A stretch of DNA of 64,000 nt from a bacterium (GCA_031385045.1 JANNBC010000048.1:99013-163012), one strand, 5' to 3'; positions 52,535 to 62,643 are shown, numbered from the stretch's first letter. A program made the numbers and translations. The notes: a model not told the origin generated them from the letters alone.

Positions 52535-53308
52535 CTAGAATTCTAAGTGACTATCAAAACAGCGAATTAAATCCTGCTCAGTTACGATAGAGGAATTTTG
52601 CTCATAATAATTAATGGGACTACCATCACTAGCGGTGTGCTGATAAATGTTAATTAAAAATTTATTTTTCGTTCCATCATATGCTAAGCCTCCTTCGAAT
52701 TCTGATTTCTGACCAAGAAGCCCCAGTGTTTTAACATCTTCTCTTCCTAAGGCGATACTTAAAACTTTTCCAATTCGCTCATCACCCGCATAGACTACAG
52801 CACTTAAGGTATGCCCTCCAGGTTCTCTCAGAAAATCAACGGTAGCAAATAAATGTTTCAGGATACTTTTTTGATATTTCTGAAAGCTCTCTGGAAGAAA
52901 ATGACACAGAACACCCTCCTGACCATTAGTAATTCCAATTGCCACACAGCAACTTATTAAATCAGTATAAGCAGATTTTCCGGGACCAGGTAGTAAGAAG
53001 GAAGAACTAGTCCAGTCACTTAAATAAACTGAGTTTTGATTCAAAGCATAGAACTCTGGCACTGAACAGAGGCCAAGCTTAACAGCTAAAAATCTTGACT
53101 CTGGATTTGAAATCCTTGCTTGGGATAAATCCACTTGCCGATCAACTTGTTCGATTAGGGGTAATTTACGAATCGTAGAATGATTAATAGCAGTAGATAG
53201 ACTTAATCTTTGCTCCTCGAATGTCTGATTTTTTAACAACATATTTTTTATAATCAAGCCTAAATCAGGATTTGATTCAGAAAAATATCCCAGATTATTT
53301 AGAAGCAA
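52535..53308 (-). CDS. Hypothetical protein with CheD/CNF1-like Cys-His deamidase motif
   Basis: YTDLISCCVAIG-x7-GVLCHFLP and later AVVYAG. Confidence 0.5.
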   Translation of the reverse strand: MLLNNLGYFSESNPDLGLIIKNMLLKNQTFEEQRLSLSTAINHSTIRKLPLIEQVDRQVDLSQARISNPESRFLAVKLGLCSVPEFYALNQNSVYLSDWTSSSFLLPGPGKSAYTDLISCCVAIGITNGQEGVLCHFLPESFQKYQKSILKHLFATVDFLREPGGHTLSAVVYAGDERIGKVLSIALGREDVKTLGLLGQKSEFEGGLAYDGTKNKFLINIYQHTASDGSPINYYEQNSSIVTEQDLIRCFDSHLEF

Positions 53309-53379
53309 GATTAATCTTAAGTAAGATATACTAAAAGCTAATCAAGTTTTCGTAGAGATTTTTGGAAAAACGAAATATT

Positions 53380-53856
53380 ATGGCACTACAAATAATTACT
53401 TCCCTCAATACTTCTGAGACTAAAGTAAAATTAAGACCAGTTCTCTCTAAAACACTTGGTGCAGTTTTAATGTTAGCCGCCTTAACAGGCTGTGACCCTA
53501 AGGAAGAAGGTGGACAAGTCGCTAAAAAAGACCCAATTAAGTATCCCACCAATAAATATAACTTCCCACTCCTGAATATTAATTCAGAATTAAATTGCGC
53601 AAGTAATCTTCAAACTACAGAATTAGTTAAGCAGAATCATGCGGTCGTAATTGATAATAGTCAAAAATCAAAAGATATTGATGAGCAGATAATTCAAATC
53701 ATCAAAAAAGCACAGTTGTATGCTGTAAAGGGTGATGTTGAAAATGCTAAGATTAGTCTGAGCCTTGCTAGCGAAAATGCTCAGCAAATTGGGGTTGTTT
53801 ATACTGACAGTCAAAATAGATGGATTGAATCAATTAGAAAAGTTATTGAAAAATAA
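53380..53856 (+). CDS. Hypothetical lipoprotein
   Basis: Lipobox LTGC after hydrophobic stretch; start uncertain. Confidence 0.55.
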   Translation: MALQIITSLNTSETKVKLRPVLSKTLGAVLMLAALTGCDPKEEGGQVAKKDPIKYPTNKYNFPLLNINSELNCASNLQTTELVKQNHAVVIDNSQKSKDIDEQIIQIIKKAQLYAVKGDVENAKISLSLASENAQQIGVVYTDSQNRWIESIRKVIEK

Positions 53857-53858
53857 AT

Positions 53859-54395
53859 CTATTCTATATCCCTACCCATGACAGTTTTTCTACCTGCTAA
53901 TTCAGCTTTTTTAATACCCTTAAGACATTCTTCAATTACTTTTTTTGTCAGTCGATCTATACAACATTGGCTGGTATTAAAATCAGATTGATCACTAATA
54001 ATTTTTTTAACTTTGGATACAACTACTAATGTATCTGACTTAATATCATTTGCCTGCAAGGCAACTGGGTGATTTACCTTAACCTCAGTAGTAAGAAGAT
54101 CTGTAGCTTTTATATCTGCCACTATTTTTCTAACTGGTTCTCGTTGACTGCCAGATTCAGGAAAATTCATACTCTCAGCTGTCGGTGATTTATTCTCTTC
54201 TGCATAGACTTCGCTCCGATGATTAACATAACCCAAATGTGCATCCCAGCAAGTGACGGAACAAAAGCGCATTCCGGTTCGCTCACTGCGACAAGTGCTT
54301 ACGTTACAGAGATAATATTTAGTATTAAAATTAATCGCAGTTTTACAAATGCTGCATTTTTTCCAAAAACTTACAGGGATTGCTGGGATTGTCAT
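53859..54395 (-). CDS. Bacterial histone with N-terminal ZZ-like zinc finger
   Basis: N-term CSIC..CNVSTC..CSVTCWDAH..H; C-term LVVVSKVKKII...NTS...IDRL...CLKG...AGRKTVMGRDI histone fold. Confidence 0.88.
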   Translation of the reverse strand: MTIPAIPVSFWKKCSICKTAINFNTKYYLCNVSTCRSERTGMRFCSVTCWDAHLGYVNHRSEVYAEENKSPTAESMNFPESGSQREPVRKIVADIKATDLLTTEVKVNHPVALQANDIKSDTLVVVSKVKKIISDQSDFNTSQCCIDRLTKKVIEECLKGIKKAELAGRKTVMGRDIE

Positions 54396-54433
54396 AAAGC
54401 ATTAACTCTTTTTTAAAATACCATTAAAAACCA

Positions 54434-54499
54434 ATATACTAAAAATACGATCCGCATTTTTTCTAGCAGTTCGGTAAACCCTAATGGTTTTTAGTATAT
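54434..54499. mobile_element. MITE-like element, copy A
   Basis: 12-bp terminal inverted repeats ATATACTAAAAA/TTTTTAGTATAT; core homologous to 63816-63882. Confidence 0.65.
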
Positions 54500-54533
54500 A
54501 GAATTACCACTGGCCTTATAGGGCTAGCAATAT

Positions 54534-55841
54534 TTACCTATTACCACTATTTCTACTATTAATTGGGCCTCTGTTACGGGCATTAGAATTCCGATCTCGG
54601 AAATTAGTTTTTCTAAAGTTACCCTCTCTGGAAGATTGATTACCATTAGGTCGCCCATTTGGTCGACCCTGATTGCTTGCTGGCTTTTTACCATCAATTG
54701 ATTGATCTGTTTCATAGGAAAAATCTTTTAGTTGTCTTCGCTCTAAAGACTCGCCTAAAAGTTTTTCAATTGCTTTAATCATTTTAGCATCTTCATTTCC
54801 AACTAAAGTGTAGGCCTCGCCACTTCGTGAAGCACGTCCTGTTCGTCCAATACGGTGGGTGTAGGTTTCCGGAGTACCTGGGATATCAAAATTAATCACA
54901 TGGGAAATACTAGAGATATCAATTCCCCTAGCTGCAATATCTGTTGCTACTAAGATTTTATATTTACCATCTTTAAAACCATTCATTGCTTCCATCCTTC
55001 TATTCTGAGATAAATTTCCTTGAAGCGAAGTTACAGAATAACCCGAGTTATTTAGATGTAGTGCTAATTGTTTGGCGCGGTGTTTCGTGCGAGTGAACAC
55101 CAACATTGATGTGATTTCAATTTGATTAAAAAGTGCTTTTAAAAAATCATTTTTTTGATGCGGGGCAACTGGGTAAAGCGCATGTTCAATTGTTTGTGGT
55201 GGTGCAATTCTTCCAACTTCGACAGTGATTGGCTTAGTCAGAACTTGATTTGCTAACATCCGAATATCTTCTGGCATCGTTGCTGAAAAAAGCAATGTTT
55301 GTCGGTTAGTAGGAAGTTTTTTAACAATTTGACGAATCGCTGGTAAAAACCCCATATCAAACATTTGATCAGCTTCATCTAAAACTACAATTTCAATAGT
55401 TGCTAAGTTAATTGTTTGTCTTTCAATATGATCAATTAGTCGGCCAGGACAGGCAACCACTACATCCACTCCTGCTGCCAAGGCCTTAATTTGTGGTCCA
55501 ATATTAACACCACCAAAAATCAAAACACTACGAATATTTGTTTCTCGACCAAGCTCTCTTAAGACTTCATCGATTTGAATAGCTAGTTCGCGAGTTGGTG
55601 CTAAGATTAAGGCCCGAACTTTTCCAACTAAGTTACCCTTTGGTGTCTGCATTAAGTGTTGTAAAATTGGCAAAACAAATGCAGCCGTCTTACCAGTTCC
55701 AGTTTGGGCTATACCAAGTAAATCTTTTTTTGCTAGGACAGAAGGAATTGCTTGTTCCTGAATCGGAGTGGCTGTGACAAAGTTCTGAGATTTGATGCCA
55801 GCAACAATTTTAGGATGGAAATTAAAAGATTCAAAATTCAT
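54534..55841 (-). CDS. rhlE: DEAD-box RNA helicase (RhlE-like)
   Basis: AQTGTGKT, PTRELA, DEAD, SAT, HRIGRTGR; basic disordered tail. Confidence 0.93.
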   Translation of the reverse strand: MNFESFNFHPKIVAGIKSQNFVTATPIQEQAIPSVLAKKDLLGIAQTGTGKTAAFVLPILQHLMQTPKGNLVGKVRALILAPTRELAIQIDEVLRELGRETNIRSVLIFGGVNIGPQIKALAAGVDVVVACPGRLIDHIERQTINLATIEIVVLDEADQMFDMGFLPAIRQIVKKLPTNRQTLLFSATMPEDIRMLANQVLTKPITVEVGRIAPPQTIEHALYPVAPHQKNDFLKALFNQIEITSMLVFTRTKHRAKQLALHLNNSGYSVTSLQGNLSQNRRMEAMNGFKDGKYKILVATDIAARGIDISSISHVINFDIPGTPETYTHRIGRTGRASRSGEAYTLVGNEDAKMIKAIEKLLGESLERRQLKDFSYETDQSIDGKKPASNQGRPNGRPNGNQSSREGNFRKTNFRDRNSNARNRGPINSRNSGNR

Positions 55842-55859
55842 AAGACAAATAACTTAGCT

Positions 55860-55878
55860 AAATGTGAACTAAGTCACA
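55860..55878. promoter_or_regulatory. CRP-like box
   Basis: AAATGTGA-actaag-TCACA just upstream of rhlE start. Confidence 0.45.
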
Positions 55879-56164
55879 GTGTTGGAGGTGCAGATTAATA
55901 TAAAACGAGCCTTAAGCTACTAAAATAGCAAGATTTTTGAAAGCGACCAAAAAACACGATAGCATTTGCAGGCAGTATTCCTAAGTTTCATCAATTGATT
56001 TTCTATCAAATCACTGAATTTTTCTTGATTCGTGGTACTAGTAGTTAAAATAAAACGAAACTAATCAGCTTTAAGCTTATTTCTAATAAACTCTCCGTTA
56101 TTAAAAGTTAAAGTCTTAGCTACAAATTGACGATGTTAGTCATGTTATTGAAAGTACTTTCGAT

Positions 56165-57781
56165 ATGACTTTAGACGCTGGGGAAAAACAATTTTATAGA
56201 ATCATCCTACTAAACAAACTAGTTAGCCAAGAAACTCTAGATTTGATTGTGAAAGAAATTGAAGTTTCGGGTGATAGCTTACCAAGTGAACTCCGCTCAA
56301 GAAATACAATCCGTTCAGATTTGATTGATAAAATAATTAAAGGCATTGAAGCACATGGCGAAGTCTTTACAAAACCTCTGATTAAACAAAAAACGAAAGG
56401 AGTAGTAACCAAAGCGTTAGTACCCGATCACGTAGAGCATGTTATTGGCCTCGATGCTCCTTCCGAACCAATGACAATTCATAAAATTGTCGCAAAACAA
56501 GATCTTGATATTGAGTTTGAGCTAGAAACAAATAATACAGATCCTCCTGTAGTAAGTTCTAAAAAACCAGTAGCAACAATTGTAGCTAAATCCCCAGAAA
56601 TTCCGCCACCTCCAGTTGAGGTTAAAGTAGAAATTAAAGAGAAAGAAGAAGAAGGAAGTTCTCGGATAAAAATTGAAGGGCCAGGGCTCTTACCTAATAC
56701 TAGCACAGAGCCAAAAGGCCTTGGTAAAAAACTAATCCAATATTTAAATTATGCGCGGAAAGAAGGTGCTAGCGATTTTCATATTACCCCCACTACTTCT
56801 CCATTCTTAAGAAAATATTCTCAAATTATTAAACTAGAAGAGCCTCCAGTGACGGCGGAAGATGCTCAGGCGATGCTCTTTGGTATCCTCTCCGAAGCAC
56901 AACTAACTAAAATAAAAGTCGATCTAGGCTTAGATTTTTGTTTAATAGCACCAGACAATCTGCGCTACCGTGCAAATATTGTTCAAGGTTCCAATGGCTG
57001 GTCTGGAACGTTTCGCGTTATTAATGAACATCCCCCTAGCTTTGAAAGTTTAGGATTGCCAAATGTAGCTAAGCGCTTAACAGAATACCATCAAGGATTA
57101 GTACTAGTTACTGGATCCAAAGGATGTGGGAAAACAACGACCTTAGCTTCAATGATTGATTTAATTAATACCAATCGCAAAGAACATATCATCACCGTGG
57201 AAGATCCAATTGAGTATATCCATCCATCCAAATTGTGTCAGATTACTCAACGGGCATTAGGTATTAACACTATGAGTTACGCCAATGCGCTACGTGGTGC
57301 ATTAAGAGAAGATCCAGATATTATCATGGTTGGTGAGCTGCGCGACCTTGATACAATTAAAGCTTCCATCTCTGCCGCGGAAACTGGTCACTTAGTTTTA
57401 GGCTCACTCCATACAACTTCAGCAATTAGAACTATTGATCGAATTATTGATGCTTTTCCAGCTAAACAACAAGGACAAATTCGCGTAATGATTGCGGAAA
57501 GTATTCGAGGAGTTATCTGTCAGCAATTACTGCCTCGAGCTGATGGCAACGGCACTGTTCTAGCTTTGGAAGTTTTACTTAATAATATTAGTGTCCGTAA
57601 AAATATTATCGAAGGTAAAACCTTCATGTTAGATAATATTATGCAAACTAGTGTTCGCGAAGGAATGATTCGCATGGATGATTCCATTTACCAACTCTGG
57701 CAACAAGGTTTAATCACAGAAGCGACAGCTAGAGAATTTGCACGTGAGCCAAATAAGCTCGGGAAAAGTATGGATATATAG
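56165..57781 (+). CDS. PilT/PilU-family ATPase with ~185-aa N-terminal extension
   Basis: ASDFH, GSKGCGKTT, TVEDPIE, LREDPD, GELRD, ETGHLV..LHT. Confidence 0.92.
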   Translation: MTLDAGEKQFYRIILLNKLVSQETLDLIVKEIEVSGDSLPSELRSRNTIRSDLIDKIIKGIEAHGEVFTKPLIKQKTKGVVTKALVPDHVEHVIGLDAPSEPMTIHKIVAKQDLDIEFELETNNTDPPVVSSKKPVATIVAKSPEIPPPPVEVKVEIKEKEEEGSSRIKIEGPGLLPNTSTEPKGLGKKLIQYLNYARKEGASDFHITPTTSPFLRKYSQIIKLEEPPVTAEDAQAMLFGILSEAQLTKIKVDLGLDFCLIAPDNLRYRANIVQGSNGWSGTFRVINEHPPSFESLGLPNVAKRLTEYHQGLVLVTGSKGCGKTTTLASMIDLINTNRKEHIITVEDPIEYIHPSKLCQITQRALGINTMSYANALRGALREDPDIIMVGELRDLDTIKASISAAETGHLVLGSLHTTSAIRTIDRIIDAFPAKQQGQIRVMIAESIRGVICQQLLPRADGNGTVLALEVLLNNISVRKNIIEGKTFMLDNIMQTSVREGMIRMDDSIYQLWQQGLITEATAREFAREPNKLGKSMDI

Positions 57782-57789
57782 GAATAATT

Positions 57790-58854
57790 ATGTCAGAGAT
57801 TGATAAGTATTTTAAAATCTTAGTAAAAGAAGGTAGCTCCGATTTACATCTAGCAGAAGGTCAACGTCCCAAGGCCAGACTACATGGATCAATGGAAGCT
57901 ATTGGCGAAGAAATTTTAACTAAAGAAGTTCTTGGTCGAATGATGGAAGAAATTTGTGAAGCTAGGCGCTGGAAAAAGTATCTCCATATGGGCGACATGG
58001 ACTTTGCCTACGCTTACGAAAAGATTGCTCGCTTTCGCGCTAATTATTACATGCAAAACAATGGATTTGGTTGTATCTTCCGGATTATTCCGACTAAGAT
58101 TTTGACCCTAGAAGATCTGAGGGTTCCAGCGGTCTTAAAAAACTTTGCAAATTTTAGAAGTGGCTTAGTATTAGTTACAGGACCCACAGGTTCTGGTAAA
58201 TCAACCACCTTAGCTGCAATCATTGATTACATTAATACAAATCAAAAGAAAAAAATTTTAACAATTGAAGAACCTATTGAGTTCGTTCACCCCAATAAAC
58301 AATCGATTTTAGTTCAAAGAGAAGTTGGCATAGATTGTCATTCCTTTGCGGATGCTCTAGAGACATCTACAAGACAAGACCTAGATGTGATTTTAGTTGG
58401 AGAAATGCGTGATCAAGAAACTATTTCCTTAGCTCTAACTGCAGCAGAGATGGGAACATTAGTTTTTGGAACACTACACACTAACTCTGCTGCTAAGACA
58501 ATTAATAGAATTATTGATACCTTTCCCCATGATCAACAATCTCAGATTCGTGTTATGTTATCAAGTTCACTGCGCGGCATTGTCTCGCAATTACTTTGTA
58601 AAACAAAAGATGGGAAAGGCAGACGTGCCGTTAATGAAATCCTCTTAGAAACTTCTGGCTTAGGAAATTTAATTCGAGAAGGTAAAATTGCCCAGATTGA
58701 AGGTGTCATTCAACAAGGTAAACTAGCTGGAATGCAGTTTATGGATGATGTGCTTTGGGACTTAGCAAAAAAAGGTGAAATATCGGCTAACGAGGCTTAC
58801 ATGAAAGCTGGGGATAAAATTAGATTTGAAGAACTTTTAGATCAGAAGGAATAA
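57790..58854 (+). CDS. pilT: Type IV pilus retraction ATPase
   Basis: SSDLHL, GPTGSGKSTT, GEMRD, GTLHT, NLIREGK. Confidence 0.93.
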   Translation: MSEIDKYFKILVKEGSSDLHLAEGQRPKARLHGSMEAIGEEILTKEVLGRMMEEICEARRWKKYLHMGDMDFAYAYEKIARFRANYYMQNNGFGCIFRIIPTKILTLEDLRVPAVLKNFANFRSGLVLVTGPTGSGKSTTLAAIIDYINTNQKKKILTIEEPIEFVHPNKQSILVQREVGIDCHSFADALETSTRQDLDVILVGEMRDQETISLALTAAEMGTLVFGTLHTNSAAKTINRIIDTFPHDQQSQIRVMLSSSLRGIVSQLLCKTKDGKGRRAVNEILLETSGLGNLIREGKIAQIEGVIQQGKLAGMQFMDDVLWDLAKKGEISANEAYMKAGDKIRFEELLDQKE

Positions 58855-58922
58855 TTTGAATCAGTCTAACTATAGAACTTAGTTAAACATACTAGTAAAA
58901 ATAGTTATCAAACTAAAACTGG

Positions 58923-59812
58923 CTAGGCCTTTTTGACACTAACCATCGTTACTCCTGCTAAGACTAGAGCAGTTCCAATAAATTGAATCATTCCAAATGA
59001 CTCACCCAGAAAAAAATAAGCTAGATAATAGTTGAGATTGGACCAATGCTAGCGATAATGGAAGCCCTTCCTGCGCCAATCCGCCGAATACCCTCAGCAA
59101 TTAAAAATGTTGGAATAACTGTAGCAAAAATTCCCATGTAAAAGGTTAGCCAGAGAACTTTTACATCGGTAAAGATATTAAATGTCTTTTGAACCAAAAG
59201 ATAATGAATAAAAACTGCGAAGGTTGAAACAAGCATCGATAAGGCAGTATAGTTAATGGAGCCGAGCTTAGGGCTAATCTCCCCAGTGCCAACAAGATAG
59301 AAAGCATAGGCCAGCGCACCGGCAAAAATATAACTAGACCCTAACCAAAGATTATTTTGGGTAACGATTGCACCATCTAAAAATACGACCGCAATACCTA
59401 AATAAGTTAGTGCCAGTGCTAAATACTCCGTAAATCCAATTTTTTTCTTTAGAAAAACTGCGGATAAAATCACTACAAGTGTAGGATAAACAAATAAGAT
59501 CAGTCGCTCAAGTCCAGCAGTAATATACTTAAGACCAATAAAATCAAAAATACTAGCCAAGTAATAACCAATCACTCCCATAACAATTACATTAATCCAA
59601 TCTCTCTTAGTCATTAAAACACTGGCACTTTTTAAACGCTTTCGATTTAAAAATAGGATCACTAGATAAAAAGGTAATGCAAAAAGCATCCGTAAAGTTA
59701 GAATAGTAATCGTATCAACATCATGCAGATAGGTAAGCTTTACAAGCACTGCCTTTGCTGAGAAACAAATTGCCCCAATTAAAACCAAAAATGCGCCGAT
59801 CAGATTATTCAT
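58923..59812 (-). pseudogene. EamA/DMT transporter with 1-nt deletion near 59022
   Basis: ORF stops at GPISTII*; the other frame continues AYFFLGESFGMIQFIGTALVLAGVTMVSVKKA* to 58923. Confidence 0.82.
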
Positions 59813-60019
59813 AGCAAAAAAGTCTTAAAACTAATCAAACTGCCAAACAACACGAAAACTCACTACCTAGTAGACTTTAAATAGTATGATAAGTACAAAA
59901 AATGCTGATTTACAAAGCCTTAAGCAATATAATTAGTTTCAGTTTATTAACAATAAACTTTTAGGTATCATGCTACAAATTAATCTACATAACTAGTCTA
60001 GTAAATTTATAAACTATAT

Positions 60020-60286
60020 ATGTCGTACGCATCTCTTCAATCTCTCAGGTATTGCCTAACTAAACTGGCCACCTTTCTGAAATATAGTAAGCAAGTAGAA
60101 CCATTTCAAACTATAAGCAATAAACTAGAGGTCGCTCCAGTTATTACTAGCATGATTCTAGATGCAGAACAGGCAATCTGCCTTGACCAACGGAATATTA
60201 ATGACACGAATCAATTCTTGGAAATTTTATTAGTAAATGAGTGGATTAAATTATTTGGGAGCCACTGCTTTAAGCAATCAAGATGA
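60020..60286 (+). CDS. Hypothetical protein
   Basis: ATG-started ORF filling the gap; no motif recognised. Confidence 0.4.
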   Translation: MSYASLQSLRYCLTKLATFLKYSKQVEPFQTISNKLEVAPVITSMILDAEQAICLDQRNINDTNQFLEILLVNEWIKLFGSHCFKQSR

Positions 60287-60310
60287 TTAAATTAATTTTT
60301 AAAGAAATTT

Positions 60311-60766
60311 ATGAAATTAATAGTAACTAACTCAGTCGGAGATTTAGATTTAGCTAGAATATTTCATCCGCAACAAAAGGGATTGGCAACAGTCTTAAGT
60401 ATTATTGCTAAAGATTGCCGTACTTGTTCAAAATATTTAAGAAGAGAAGCCCTAACACTCATGAAAGACTGCAAAGCATTAGACTATTCATCAGAAGATC
60501 AAGTGATTAGATCTACATACCAATCAGTCCATGCTTATTTTAAAGAAACTGCCACTAAATTAGAACTTGCAGCGACCTTACTTGATCAAAGAATCTGTGG
60601 CCAACAGCTTTCATCAGAAGAAAAGTTACAAATAAGATCTGGGATTAAAAAACTAAAAGAATTTCGGGAAAAGGGCATTCGCTCTGTTGTTCGAAATACA
60701 ATCGAGGACTATTCTAATCAAAATTTAATGCAATTAATGACAATGCGGTTCTTTGGTGTCAGATAA
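60311..60766 (+). CDS. Hypothetical helical protein
   Basis: 151-aa ORF with one CxxC; no family recognised. Confidence 0.5.
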   Translation: MKLIVTNSVGDLDLARIFHPQQKGLATVLSIIAKDCRTCSKYLRREALTLMKDCKALDYSSEDQVIRSTYQSVHAYFKETATKLELAATLLDQRICGQQLSSEEKLQIRSGIKKLKEFREKGIRSVVRNTIEDYSNQNLMQLMTMRFFGVR

Positions 60767-60781
60767 TTATCAATAAACCTA

Positions 60782-62191
60782 CTAAGTACCAAGCTCTAAG
60801 TTTAATATATCTAAAATTACAGCAGTCCAGCTTTGGTCTTTCTCACCAAGGCCTGCTCCAGTTTCTGGGTTGTAATACTCATAAATACCCTGTTCTGCCA
60901 CAAGTTTGATAAGAGATGTAGCAATTTTAACTCTAAGTAGTTTAACTAAATCTTGAGTTACAAGATTATTAGATTTGTAACTTACTAGACCATGCCAAAT
61001 CAACCACTGTACTGATGGCCAAACATTTCCTCTCCAATATACATTTGGAAGATATGAGATCGAGTCTGCTGGCTCAGAAGGAATTAGATAGTTACGATTA
61101 TATTTACTAGCATCTAACATTCTCTGACAAAGCTTCTCGCTCTGTTCCTCACTTGGAACATTACCAAAAAAGCTGACAAAGGCCGCGGCACTTTCAGGTA
61201 GAATTTTGACCTCCCCCGATTTAAATATTTGTAAATCATGAAAGGTCCCCGTCTTGCTATTCCATAAAACTTCTCTGATAGCTATTCGTGATAATTCAGC
61301 ACGCGCTAGCCAGTGATCAATAATACTTTTCTTGAAATTAAGAATCTTGGCAATTTGCCCCATACTTTCTAAATCCTTAACCCGAATAGAATTGTAATCA
61401 ATTGCATAAACACAAAAACTATCTAATTCCTGATTTAAAATTTTCAAATCCCCATTCACTAAATTAATTAACTTATTTAGAACACATCTACTTTGATGCC
61501 GTTGATCCTTAAAATCAAAAGCTAAATCTTGTTTTTCTTCCCGATATAAGGCTAATTGCATCTTAAGAAATTCAGATATAGAAAGATTTAGTTTTTCTAA
61601 AAAAATTGCTTTGATCTGTGGTGAAAACTCATTTGGCAAAGGTAATATTTCATCCCAAGCAATTGAGGCATCTCTTCCTGTTTCCCATGGATGGATATTT
61701 ACAACTAATGGTGAACTTCCAATCCGGCGACAGCGATCAAACCAATCATGCATCAAAGCAATACTTTGATAAATTACCTCTAAAAACTCCTGCCGCTCTT
61801 TAGGATTAATAATTTTTTCGGCAATAAGTAAGGCAGCTGAAGCAATCAAAGGCGGATTAGTAATCCAAGACCTGTCATCATAATCAAAAGCTGTAGTTCT
61901 CCCTAAACTCTCATGCCAAAATCGCATATGAGGTATCATCCCATGGTTAGCTCCTGTGGTAACTTGATGTTGAATCAAAGCTAATAACTCACTTTTAGAT
62001 ATCTCCAGGTGATCATACCGACAGGCAATCGCCTGAAAACAGGAGTCCCAAAGCCATTGTCGATTATGATAGGCTTTGGCCGACGGCTGATGGTAAGTAA
62101 ATTGCTGACAAGGAGTCACGACCCGATTACCAAGAATAGAATCTAGGCTTATTTTCTTGAGTAGTTGATATTTGATATTGGAAATTCTCAC
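60782..62191 (-). CDS. GH63/MGH1-like (alpha/alpha)6 glycoside hydrolase
   Basis: QWLWDSCF, GMIPH, HPWETGRD, YWRGNVW, EYYNPETG, SWTA. Confidence 0.85.
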   Translation of the reverse strand: MRISNIKYQLLKKISLDSILGNRVVTPCQQFTYHQPSAKAYHNRQWLWDSCFQAIACRYDHLEISKSELLALIQHQVTTGANHGMIPHMRFWHESLGRTTAFDYDDRSWITNPPLIASAALLIAEKIINPKERQEFLEVIYQSIALMHDWFDRCRRIGSSPLVVNIHPWETGRDASIAWDEILPLPNEFSPQIKAIFLEKLNLSISEFLKMQLALYREEKQDLAFDFKDQRHQSRCVLNKLINLVNGDLKILNQELDSFCVYAIDYNSIRVKDLESMGQIAKILNFKKSIIDHWLARAELSRIAIREVLWNSKTGTFHDLQIFKSGEVKILPESAAAFVSFFGNVPSEEQSEKLCQRMLDASKYNRNYLIPSEPADSISYLPNVYWRGNVWPSVQWLIWHGLVSYKSNNLVTQDLVKLLRVKIATSLIKLVAEQGIYEYYNPETGAGLGEKDQSWTAVILDILNLELGT

Positions 62192-62280
62192 AGGTATTAT
62201 TAAATTTATTTAAAAAAACATTTTAATACTAGTTAAAAAAGACATTATTTTATTAAACTTCATATTTAATCTATAATTTA

Positions 62281-62610
62281 TTGCTTATGAATCAAAATCA
62301 CGTATCAGATAATAGAAGCTTATCCCAATCTCTTGACGTGATTGAAGTTTATGCTCCACCTCAAGCAGATCTAAATGAATCCTTGCCTTCAAATAGTCAC
62401 CGTGCTCTTTATCTAATGTCAGCGGTCTTTGCCGCTTGCGCTAGTATTCACATTTATGATGGAGCCCACAATTTAGATCCAAATAAGCATAGAAATCCAG
62501 CTCCCAATTTTGTCGTCAGTGCTCTTAGCCTCGGAGTAAGTTTTGCTGCCTTTCATTTTGGTATGAGACTAAGAAGCTTTAATAAGGATAACTCTAATAT
62601 TGATCAATAG
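62281..62610 (+). CDS. Hypothetical two-TM protein
   Basis: Two hydrophobic segments. Confidence 0.5.
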   Translation: MLMNQNHVSDNRSLSQSLDVIEVYAPPQADLNESLPSNSHRALYLMSAVFAACASIHIYDGAHNLDPNKHRNPAPNFVVSALSLGVSFAAFHFGMRLRSFNKDNSNIDQ

Positions 62611-62643
62611 AGTTAATTGGTAATTATTGCTTAGTATAAACTA

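Noticed and set aside
53326..53337. Additional MITE copy (ATATACTAAAAG); similar lone arms near 26000, 34036 and 62632
   Set aside because: No partner inverted repeat or core sequence; such AT-rich words can arise by chance
59021..59023. Amber read-through (pyrrolysine/recoding) in the EamA gene
   Set aside because: The in-frame continuation is not EamA-like and soon stops; the conserved tail is in another frame
60020..60766. Single gene with TGA read-through joining two same-frame ORFs
   Set aside because: A second in-frame stop (TAA at 60293-60295) follows the TGA; TGA is used as a normal stop elsewhere
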